Assembly: GCA_024231695.1 (NCBI GenBank)
Contig: JAAEQF010000099.1
Span: 1 to 33,277, forward strand
Origin: FCB group bacterium
Lineage (GTDB): Bacteria; Zixibacteria; MSB-5A5; GN15; JAAZOE01
DNA: 33,277 bases
Reading direction: 5' to 3'
Positions 23,576 to 30,846 of the stretch are shown piece after piece. How positions within the stretch are numbered: the stretch's first letter is position 1; each line of letters starts with the position of its first letter. The notes under the pieces were generated by a model. That model did not search any database, was not told the DNA's origin, and worked only from the letters and a program-made list of their open reading frames with translations. The translations under genes and the position numbers were made by a program.

Positions 23576-24195
23576 GTTTCGTCCATATCGGGGGACCAGT
23601 ACATTTCTATAGTTCCAGTTGGGCTGACGTAGCCAAGGAATGCCTCGTAATTAATGGCGTTGGAAGCGATTTGCACGAATTCGACTGGGTCTTTGAAGTA
23701 GTATCGCCCAAAGCTCACGTAGATATCCAAGTCCCTGTACGCAGGCTCAGATGATTCGACAGGTCCTTGCGGTTCGCCGAGACGAACAACCACGGTATCG
23801 TTGCTTGCCATGCTTGGGCCACTACATGGAAACCACTCGTAAGTCTCCCTCACGAAGCACCGCTCCGGCTCGGTGTCGAGGATGTGGTTGAAGTAATTCT
23901 GAGATGCTTCACTGAACCTGTTGAACGGCTTACTGTTATTAATGAACGCCTTATCAATAATCCTTCTCAGTTCAGGGGTAATATAATCAGGGTTCTCTAC
24001 GCGGACTTTATCGGCCATCTGGTAGCCACCGTTTTCATTCATGATGTACCACTGATACGGCTTCCCGTCGTCTCTTCTTCCACATAAAGTGCCAAGCATC
24101 CAATTGACGTCATCGCCGTCAATCCATTCAATAGGCTTGTTCCAGTGCTCGCCCATGTTCGGTACGATATGCTCGTCGGTAATGTTAATTTTCAT
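23551..24195 (-). CDS. Hypothetical protein (214 aa)
   Basis: ORF in the array. Confidence 0.4.
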   Translation of the reverse strand: MKINITDEHIVPNMGEHWNKPIEWIDGDDVNWMLGTLCGRRDDGKPYQWYIMNENGGYQMADKVRVENPDYITPELRRIIDKAFINNSKPFNRFSEASQNYFNHILDTEPERCFVRETYEWFPCSGPSMASNDTVVVRLGEPQGPVESSEPAYRDLDIYVSFGRYYFKDPVEFVQIASNAINYEAFLGYVSPTGTIEMYWSPDMDETWKVRVKI

Positions 24196-24207
24196 TTTTC
24201 GATCTCC

Positions 24208-24450
24208 TTAAAAAAGCATTAACTGTTTGTCTTTTTCTGGTTCATCTACTACCGGCTCCCACGGGTCACCCGGCTTGCGTAGAATCATTTTAACCGCACC
24301 TGGAAAGCAGTCATATACACACGACATATCGCTCGCGAGTTCACAAGGTCCGCAACCGCTACCACTGCCGGTTGGGCCTTCTTGTGCGATTAGCTTTTGA
24401 CCTTTGTGGATTATTGTGTCACCGGGTTTCATTGGTTCGTTCATTATCAC
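24208..24450 (-). CDS. Small Cys-rich hypothetical protein (80 aa)
   Basis: ORF in the array. Confidence 0.35.
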   Translation of the reverse strand: MIMNEPMKPGDTIIHKGQKLIAQEGPTGSGSGCGPCELASDMSCVYDCFPGAVKMILRKPGDPWEPVVDEPEKDKQLMLF

Positions 24451-24493
24451 ATCCCCTTTGGTGGTTCAACTTTCGGCATTGGACAATTGACTT

Positions 24494-24637
24494 CTATGTA
24501 CGGCAGGTTGCCTCCGTCGCTTGGATGCCGCAGCGAGGCCAGTTGAATGATTCGGGCAGCCCGTGTGTCTTTAATGCGCCACCGACAAAATCAACGAGCA
24601 CACCATCCATGTCGAGTAAAATTTGATTTATTGTCAT
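24494..24637 (-). pseudogene. Truncated remnant of a HAD-superfamily 5'(3')-deoxyribonucleotidase-like gene (47 codons)
   Basis: Hand translation gives MTINQILLDMDGVLVDFVGGALKTHGLPESFNWPRCGIQATEATCRT*. The 'LLDMDGVLVDF' segment matches HAD motif I (DxDGV) at the nucleotidase N-terminus. The ORF stops after 47 aa where a full enzyme has ~170-200 aa. Its start overlaps the upstream stop (ATGA). Confidence 0.4.
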
Positions 24638-25242
24638 TTAGTCACCCTCACCTTTTTTGAATAATCAATCTCGTGCAATTCACAACCAATGCTGGCATTC
24701 ACCTTCTCGCAAGCGGCGACGAGTTCCGCATATCCGTCGACTTCATTTACATCTGGAGGGTCAAGGTCTTCGCAGTTCCAGTTGTTTGCGAATTCACATT
24801 CGATGATGTCCTGCGCGTCAATGGAAAGCGTTCGGTATGGCTTTGTGCCGAAAAGGTACTCGGCAGGCGTAACCGGAACACCACACTCGCAACCATATTC
24901 GCACCACTCAAGATATTCGCAGACCGACCCAAAGTATTTATTGTATTCTTCATCATAAACCATTACGCCAGCGTCCGACTCCGCCACGGTTTCGGCTGCG
25001 TTGTATCGCCGCAGAATCCTTTCTACTGCTTTTTTTTCTTTGCATGATTCACAAACGGGATTGTCATACTTTGACTCAACCAACTCGCCGCACTTACACC
25101 GCGCATGTGTCGAGCAACATCCGTTTGCCGCATATCTGGTAAAGTGCGAATTCCCGCAGCTTTCGCATTTAAAACCACCGATCGTCATAGATTTTACTCC
25201 GGTTTCGCCCCAAATTTTCTTGGTCTGTTTTTTGTCTGTCAT
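24634..25242 (-). CDS. Cys-rich hypothetical protein (24 Cys in 202 aa; multiple CxxC pairs)
   Basis: 'CESCGNSH...CKCGELVESKYDNPVCESCKEK...' indicates Zn-ribbon-type motifs. Confidence 0.45.
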   Translation of the reverse strand: MTDKKQTKKIWGETGVKSMTIGGFKCESCGNSHFTRYAANGCCSTHARCKCGELVESKYDNPVCESCKEKKAVERILRRYNAAETVAESDAGVMVYDEEYNKYFGSVCEYLEWCEYGCECGVPVTPAEYLFGTKPYRTLSIDAQDIIECEFANNWNCEDLDPPDVNEVDGYAELVAACEKVNASIGCELHEIDYSKKVRVTK

Positions 25243-25433
25243 TATTCGGTCTCCGTAAGAAGTAGTTTAGCGGACGCCAAGCAGCCAGCCGCAAGTTCGA
25301 TATCTTCGAGTGCGTGGTACATGTCGTGCGGGTCAATCCTAGTGGGTGATTCCTCAAGGATGCAGGCAACCTCCGTCGCGATGTCTGTAATGGTTTCAAC
25401 CTGCCTGATTATAGATTCTTTTGTGATACTCAT
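25242..25433 (-). CDS. Small acidic hypothetical protein (63 aa)
   Basis: ORF in the array. Confidence 0.35.
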   Translation of the reverse strand: MSITKESIIRQVETITDIATEVACILEESPTRIDPHDMYHALEDIELAAGCLASAKLLLTETE

Positions 25434-26632
25434 TTGACTTGTTCATCCCATGTTTGGCCGTCGAGAATACGCCCTGCTTTTTTCTTGCCGACGCGGTACA
25501 GCTGCTTGCTACTGCCGTCGCCCATCATGGCCCATGCCGTTGGTTTGCCGTGGTCGCGGCCGCCAATCTCAATGCCGGTTAGAATGGTCCCCGGCTCGCC
25601 GTGTTGCGGCAACGGGCCGCCTGTGGACCATTGGACACCTGCCTTTTCTCTGTCTGCCGACCACTCGCCCCACTGCTTGAAGAAAAAGGGGACGCCAGCG
25701 GCTACACATTGATCGCGGATTGAGCGGACCCAATCGGGGTGCATCGGACGGGCGTTCGGACCGCTTTCACCGCCGACAATGATTTGATCGATGCAAGGGA
25801 GCTCTGACGATTTCATAAAGCTGCCACACTCTGGGCATCTGTAACAAAAGCAATGATCGTCGTAGGTGCTTTCTGGCGGCATTCCCGACCAGCCACAGCC
25901 CTTTGCTGGCATTTTTACGCACGTCCACCTCTCTTGGTGATATTCAGCACCACTGAAATCAATCGGCCCAAGCAAAGGTTCGGCACTAATAAACCGAACG
26001 GCGGCTGGACACTCCAGTAAAAGAGGTATGCGTTCGTCCGCTGTCGCTTGGTCCTCGACACTGACGCCGATGTGGACGTTGGGAAGTGGCCAGTGTCTCC
26101 TAAAACACTCACCAGTCTTTTTCCTGAAGTCTCCTATAGTCAGTCGCTCGTGACGCGGCAGTTCTATCATTCCTTGATCCAATGCTGGCGACAGTCTTTT
26201 GTAGTATTCGAGCATCCGCCCTGGTCGCTTGGTCAAAACCTTAATGGTGTGTTGCGGACACTGCGCCATTATCGTAAAGACCCGGTCTATCAACTCGAAC
26301 GGCACAGACTCGTGGAACAAATCTCCCATTGGGCAGACAAAGATGATTCGCGGCTTTTTCCAGTGAAGAGGTTTTTCCATGTTCGCCGAAACGATAGCTG
26401 TCTTGCCGTTCCAGCCAAGTGCTTTCGCTTCTGGTTCATCGCCCCCCCAATTGAGAACCGAAGAATATTCAGCCCATGTGCCGCCGCTTTGATCGCCTTG
26501 CGTGACCGAGAGACAGTGGCATACCCTCACCGCCTGCTTTTCTGCGTAGCAATTGTCGCAACCAGCCGAGACTTTCGAGCAACCAATAATCGGCGACCAG
26601 GTTTCGTCACACCATTCAATTTTTGTCGGCAT
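25430..26632 (-). CDS. DUF5131 (phage Gp37/Gp68 family)-like protein with a Cys-rich ~50-aa insertion
   Basis: The N-terminus 'MPTKIEWCDETWSPIIGCSKVSAGCDNCYAEK' and the later segments 'FISAEPLLGPIDF' and 'IIVGGESGPNARPMHPDWVRSIRDQCVAAGVPFFFKQWG' match family hallmarks. The start was set at the ATG at 26632, which has an AAGGGG RBS. Upstream in-frame Met codons encode a hydrophobic leader and are considered less likely starts. Confidence 0.6.
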   Translation of the reverse strand: MPTKIEWCDETWSPIIGCSKVSAGCDNCYAEKQAVRVCHCLSVTQGDQSGGTWAEYSSVLNWGGDEPEAKALGWNGKTAIVSANMEKPLHWKKPRIIFVCPMGDLFHESVPFELIDRVFTIMAQCPQHTIKVLTKRPGRMLEYYKRLSPALDQGMIELPRHERLTIGDFRKKTGECFRRHWPLPNVHIGVSVEDQATADERIPLLLECPAAVRFISAEPLLGPIDFSGAEYHQERWTCVKMPAKGCGWSGMPPESTYDDHCFCYRCPECGSFMKSSELPCIDQIIVGGESGPNARPMHPDWVRSIRDQCVAAGVPFFFKQWGEWSADREKAGVQWSTGGPLPQHGEPGTILTGIEIGGRDHGKPTAWAMMGDGSSKQLYRVGKKKAGRILDGQTWDEQVK

Positions 26633-26786
26633 CGTCATCCCCTTGTGCTTTTTCACGGAAAATGTCAGCGTAAGCATCATGCCTTGATCGGTAAAAAGCA
26701 CCCACGCCAATCCATATTGCAAAGTGAATAAAAGCCAGTGTAGCAAGTATCACAGCTATAATCTTTACAAGCAAAACCAATGTCAT
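26628..26786 (-). CDS. Putative 52-aa single-pass membrane protein translationally coupled between RusA and the DUF5131 gene
   Basis: Hand translation gives MTLVLLVKIIAVILATLAFIHFAIWIGVGAFYRSRHDAYADIFREKAQGDDDADKN*. Its ATG overlaps the RusA TGA (ATGA) and its stop lies inside the DUF5131 start region. It is too short to appear in the ORF track. Confidence 0.35.
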
Positions 26787-27274
26787 TTATTCTCCAGTGC
26801 CGTAATTATAATTTCAGTTCGCGGGTTTTCCGACCATGCTTTCCACGTTGGCCCACCTGCAATCTGCCGATCGTCTTTCCAGTAGAGCCCGTTGATTGCA
26901 TCGCAAACGAACTTAATTAGGTTGTCGTAATCGGGCGTCACTTGATGATACGTCGGCGCGTCGTCTCTGAGTCTGTTATTTCTGTTTTTATTTACAAAAT
27001 GATTCTTTGGCCGCTCGAAATAAAACCGGAGATCGACCATTACCGGGCCTTCCATCGGCTCGTTTGGCCAGTGGTCATTGCGTCTGTCCGCACATAAAAA
27101 CCGGAACGTCTTTTTTGATTCTGAAGATGGATCGTAAGTAGCCCGCTTGCCGCCTCGTTTTGTCGGTGCGTATCGCTTTTGAGGAATCGGATTGCCAGGG
27201 ACGACGATTCGCCATTGTTTCAGGCCGGTTAAGTCAGTCGGCTGTCCCGCTTCATTTCTTGGTTCTGTGGCCAT
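26783..27274 (-). CDS. rusA: RusA-family Holliday junction resolvase
   Basis: 'IVVPGNPIPQKRY' and 'PDYDNLIKFVCDAINGLYWKDDRQI' match the RusA family (D-x-D-N...K...D catalytic region). The start was set at the ATG at 27274, which has a GGAG RBS 1 nt after the upstream TAA. Confidence 0.7.
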   Translation of the reverse strand: MATEPRNEAGQPTDLTGLKQWRIVVPGNPIPQKRYAPTKRGGKRATYDPSSESKKTFRFLCADRRNDHWPNEPMEGPVMVDLRFYFERPKNHFVNKNRNNRLRDDAPTYHQVTPDYDNLIKFVCDAINGLYWKDDRQIAGGPTWKAWSENPRTEIIITALENK

Positions 27275-27275
27275 G

Positions 27276-27629
27276 TTACTCCACTCCGTCCAGCCATGTT
27301 TTGAATGCATCTACACAGCCCCTGCTTGACATAAATAGCATCATTTCGATTTCCCCTATTAATCGGGCGTCACCATTTCGCCACAGACTCCGCAACATAC
27401 ATGCCGCTATCTTCAGCTTTTTAATGTCGCCGCTTCCTGTCTCGATGGCATCCCGCAACCCTTCCTCTATATACAACCCCGGGAGCGAAAATTCGCTCAC
27501 TTGGTAAAATTCCCTATACGAATCACCAAGGCCTGCACCTTGACTTGGTAATCTAAAAACGTGGGGGCGATCACCCTCTACGTCATAAAGCATTTCGTCA
27601 AGGTTATTCGCAATAAGCTTTATACGCAC
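27276..27629 (-). CDS. Hypothetical protein (117 aa), GTG start with AAGGAG RBS
   Basis: A strong RBS sits 8 nt upstream of GTG. Confidence 0.45.
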   Translation of the reverse strand: MRIKLIANNLDEMLYDVEGDRPHVFRLPSQGAGLGDSYREFYQVSEFSLPGLYIEEGLRDAIETGSGDIKKLKIAACMLRSLWRNGDARLIGEIEMMLFMSSRGCVDAFKTWLDGVE

Positions 27630-27712
27630 GATTCTTTCTCCTTTTAAATTCAGCGACGACGCCGGATAAACTCAACTAAACCCGACGCCGCCGCTTCTCA
27701 CGGTTTTTTTCT

Positions 27713-28180
27713 TCAGCCGCCCAAGTCTTCCAGTGCTTTACGCAAGATTACTATGGGGCAACCGTCTGCGTGGGCGCGGACCCCGGTTTCTTGCGGATGG
27801 TGAAACTTCGGCCCTCTTGTCTCACATGCTTCGCAAAAATATGTATCATGCCCATGAGAAAGGCTCACTCGCAGTGTTGACGATGCTATTTCTACGTTTT
27901 CCAATGCCTCTGGGATTGTCATTGGCTTGTCATTGCATTCGCTTGCTGTTGCATCGCCGACATCCCTTAGCTTCACACCCTCGGGTAATTTCATACCGGG
28001 GTAGAACTCTGTTTTTTTTCGCGGGCGTTCATCTGTTGGCAAGTAGTGTCTACAGTTGCCGTCTTTGTCTGGTCGAAAGCCTGCATAGCTTTGGTTGTAC
28101 AAATCAGGTGGAGCGTTTAACCTCCAACATGAATCTTGCATCGGGCAATCGTTAAAGTCGCACATTGTTATGTCTGTCAT
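27713..28180 (-). CDS. Cys/His-rich hypothetical protein
   Basis: 'MTDITMCDFNDCPMQDSCW...CRHY...HGHDTYFCEACETRGPKFHHPQ...HADGCP'. The start was set at the ATG at 28180; the track start at 28249 would overlap the small membrane-protein ORF. Confidence 0.4.
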   Translation of the reverse strand: MTDITMCDFNDCPMQDSCWRLNAPPDLYNQSYAGFRPDKDGNCRHYLPTDERPRKKTEFYPGMKLPEGVKLRDVGDATASECNDKPMTIPEALENVEIASSTLRVSLSHGHDTYFCEACETRGPKFHHPQETGVRAHADGCPIVILRKALEDLGG

Positions 28181-28220
28181 TGTTTTATATCCAGTCTTAA
28201 AATTACCGTCATCTTCCTTC

Positions 28221-28355
28221 TTAAAATAGCAACGCGAGTAACACACCAATCAAGACGACAGGAACTCCTATCGCTGGCTCGATAGGCCCGTCGATCATTC
28301 TCATGCCGACGTAAACAAAAGACGTCGCAACCAATAGTTTTATTGCCGTGTACAT
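28221..28355 (-). CDS. Putative 44-aa hydrophobic membrane peptide
   Basis: Hand translation gives MYTAIKLLVATSFVYVGMRMIDGPIEPAIGVPVVLIGVLLALLF*, two hydrophobic segments. It is below the track's 60-aa cutoff. Confidence 0.3.
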   Translation of the reverse strand: MYTAIKLLVATSFVYVGMRMIDGPIEPAIGVPVVLIGVLLALLF

Positions 28356-28381
28356 TGATTTTTCCTTCTGGTTGAATGGTT

Positions 28382-28591
28382 CTATTCTTCCTCGGTAAAA
28401 ACTAAATATTTCATTCCGTTCTCGGCTGTCTCTGTGCCCTCATATGTAAATGTCGCCGTGTGTGTGTCGCCATCATCGCAATCTGCAATCATTGATCGAA
28501 CGACACCAAAAGACGCTTTTTCTGGGATACACTCGCAAGGGTATTCTCCGAAATAAACAGCCCCGTTCTTTAACCGGAAAACCGCCTTCAT
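28382..28591 (-). CDS. Hypothetical protein (69 aa)
   Basis: ORF in the array. Confidence 0.35.
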   Translation of the reverse strand: MKAVFRLKNGAVYFGEYPCECIPEKASFGVVRSMIADCDDGDTHTATFTYEGTETAENGMKYLVFTEEE

Positions 28592-28626
28592 GTCTTCACC
28601 CTTTGCGAAATTTGAACCATTAAGAA

Positions 28627-28809
28627 TTACTTAACACTTGGATTCGCCAGCCAACTGTTGACATAATCCATTGTGTAAAAAACCCTGTCCCCACCTTCTC
28701 GCCAGTACACCGCCAACGCAAACGACCCTCCCTTTGCGGGTTTAATGTCGATCTTTTTTGCGAGTGGGTAAAGTTTTTTCATGGCGACTTTGATTTCTTG
28801 GCTGGTCAT
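28627..28809 (-). CDS. Hypothetical protein (60 aa)
   Basis: ORF in the array. Confidence 0.35.
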   Translation of the reverse strand: MTSQEIKVAMKKLYPLAKKIDIKPAKGGSFALAVYWREGGDRVFYTMDYVNSWLANPSVK

Positions 28810-28884
28810 CCTGTTTTTCCTTCCTGCTTGATTATACGTTTATTTTCGGCAACGGGTCGTGGAAAAATTGTTTTCGTGGTGGTA

Positions 28885-29589
28885 TCATATAAACAATCGA
28901 TTCTGTCGTTGCGAAATCCTCTTTTGCGCTATCTTGAAATACTTTTCGTCGAGTTCGATGCCGATAAAGTTCCGCCCGAGTTCGAGTGCGGCAACGCCTG
29001 TGGTACCAGACCCCATGAACGGATCGCAGATCGTCATTCCTGGCTGCGTGTGAATATGAACCAGCCGCTCCATTAGCCTCTGTGGCTTCACGGTCGGGTG
29101 GTCGCCGTTCTGTGGTATCTCTTGGTTGATCCCTTCGATGACGTTACTACATTTTTTTGTTTCATCAAAGAAGTTATAGTCGTTTTTATCTTTGCACAGG
29201 ACTACGATATTCTCATACGACGGCCGGTACCTCCAGCCGAGCCCGATAAACTTACGCCAGACAAGCGTTTGGATTAAATTGAAATGTTTAATGGCTTCTA
29301 TTGTAAACAACGCAGTAACTGGCGTCTTGCCGCCGCCGCCGCCGCCGCCGCAGCAGCAGCAGCAGCAGCCCTGTGGTGTTAGAACCCTCCGCATCTCTGC
29401 AAGCCACAAGGGGAGCAGTTCAAGCCATTCATCGAAACCGTCATTTGCAATTTTTGCTTGGTGTGTCGTCCAGTTGCTTAGGAATCCGATTCCATAGGGC
29501 GGATCGGTGAGAATCATATCCACCGACCCACTCGCTATCGTTGGTAAAACATCCAGGCAGTCCCCGAGGTGAAGTTTGTATTCTTCCAT
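28885..29589 (-). CDS. DNA amino-methyltransferase (beta-class; N6-adenine or N4-cytosine) with an internal Cys6-Gly7 homopolymer insertion
   Basis: Motif IV 'ILTDPPYG' lies near the N-terminus and motif I 'ICDPFMGSGTTGVAA' near the C-terminus, which is beta-class order. 'HPTVKP' is also present. A 'CCCCCCGGGGGGG' tract is encoded by (GCC)7(GCA)6. Confidence 0.8.
   Translation of the reverse strand: MEEYKLHLGDCLDVLPTIASGSVDMILTDPPYGIGFLSNWTTHQAKIANDGFDEWLELLPLWLAEMRRVLTPQGCCCCCCGGGGGGGKTPVTALFTIEAIKHFNLIQTLVWRKFIGLGWRYRPSYENIVVLCKDKNDYNFFDETKKCSNVIEGINQEIPQNGDHPTVKPQRLMERLVHIHTQPGMTICDPFMGSGTTGVAALELGRNFIGIELDEKYFKIAQKRISQRQNRLFI
29339..29380. repeat. Perfect trinucleotide microsatellite (GCC)7(GCA)6GCC inside the methyltransferase gene
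   Basis: Read directly from the sequence. It is in frame and encodes a Gly7-Cys6 run on the minus strand. Confidence 0.9.
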
Positions 29590-29615
29590 GTCACGTTCTT
29601 TTTCCTTTCGTTAAA

Positions 29616-29870
29616 TTAACCCATTCGTTCAAGTGCTTCCAACACACATCGGTCGACGGTAATAAACCCTCTTTTCACAACAGACCCTTGCTCGAATCCG
29701 GACAACGCCCAGTATTCCGCATCTGCCAATTCGTCCATAGCATCGCCGTAGGTCTCCACAAGTTCCTCATGGCGGCTCTTTGCCTTGTCGGCGTTCGCGT
29801 GATCCTGTCGGGATTGTTCACGTCGTTCGATGCGTTCTGTTTCTGCGCTGGTTTTTTTTGATGCGTTCAT
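29616..29870 (-). CDS. Hypothetical charged protein (84 aa)
   Basis: ORF between the PAPS-reductase-like and methyltransferase genes. Confidence 0.4.
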   Translation of the reverse strand: MNASKKTSAETERIERREQSRQDHANADKAKSRHEELVETYGDAMDELADAEYWALSGFEQGSVVKRGFITVDRCVLEALERMG

Positions 29871-29919
29871 TGCTTCACCTTTTAATTATACGCTTCTTGA
29901 TTCGCATTAACCGCTGTTT

Positions 29920-30846
29920 TTATTTTTCCCAAAAGTATTTTCTCGGTTCGGGGTCCACCCCGATGAATTTCAGCACTTCTCGCAGCCCCAAAACGTCCAT
30001 GCAGTACTTCCACTGCTTTGGGTGTGTCTCTTTCATTCGCTGGAATCGGTTGGGCGATCCTTCGAGGTGACAGCCGAACATGCAAAACATGCAGCCAGTT
30101 CGTTTGTAGCCCATGTCGTAGACCTTGGCCCACGGGATAACTTTTTCTTTGAAGTAGTCATTGATGTCTTTATCAAGCCAGAACGCAAGAGGGGTTGAAC
30201 GGGGCTCATTCAGGCCGAACGCATTACATCCGTAAGTGCAATATGTTTGCTGCCGCCTTTCCCCTTCTTCTGCTCGCACACCGTTTATGGGATATCGCCC
30301 AGACTCTTTGACAAAACGGCCAAAGGGCTCTTTTTTCATCACATCACAGCACTTGTCGGACGTGTCAAATGGTGCTTTAATGAGCCCTAGCCATTTCTGG
30401 GATATTCTGCTGGAGGGGGACATTTTACGCCCGCCGTCGCGGTACCCCGTCAGCCTCAGCACGACCGTTGCTGTTACGCTTTTTGAATGCCGAACCTCAT
30501 GGACATACTGGGCGATTCTCTTGCTCACCACTGGATACCCATACTTCTCGATCACTGCCTTAAAATTCATCTTTGGCTTCAGCCATGTCACGTTATCGAA
30601 CGTCTTCACGAAATCCCTGATCTCAGGATATTCCAGCCCTGTATCAACAAAGACCGCTGGAACGTCGGGGTAAAGCTCTCTGACGAGGTGCAGCAGGACG
30701 GTTGAATCTTTCCCGCCGCTGAAGCTGACGTAGACCTGGCCGCACCAGTAGTTGTACCATTCGCGGATTTTCTGCTGCGACATCGTGATTTTCATGTCGA
30801 GATCGTACGCTTGTCTTATTTTCAGTTGTGCATAAGAGATTGTCAT
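29920..30846 (-). CDS. PAPS-reductase-family (PP-loop ATP-pyrophosphatase) protein with a Cys-rich C-terminal domain
   Basis: 'VYVSFSGGKDSTVLLHL' is the PP-loop SGGxDS motif of the CysH/PAPS-reductase family. The C-terminal half has Cys clusters ('KCCDVM', 'CTYGCNAFG', 'GCMFCMFGCH'). The start was set at the ATG at 30846, which overlaps the loader stop (ATGA). Confidence 0.7.
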   Translation of the reverse strand: MTISYAQLKIRQAYDLDMKITMSQQKIREWYNYWCGQVYVSFSGGKDSTVLLHLVRELYPDVPAVFVDTGLEYPEIRDFVKTFDNVTWLKPKMNFKAVIEKYGYPVVSKRIAQYVHEVRHSKSVTATVVLRLTGYRDGGRKMSPSSRISQKWLGLIKAPFDTSDKCCDVMKKEPFGRFVKESGRYPINGVRAEEGERRQQTYCTYGCNAFGLNEPRSTPLAFWLDKDINDYFKEKVIPWAKVYDMGYKRTGCMFCMFGCHLEGSPNRFQRMKETHPKQWKYCMDVLGLREVLKFIGVDPEPRKYFWEK

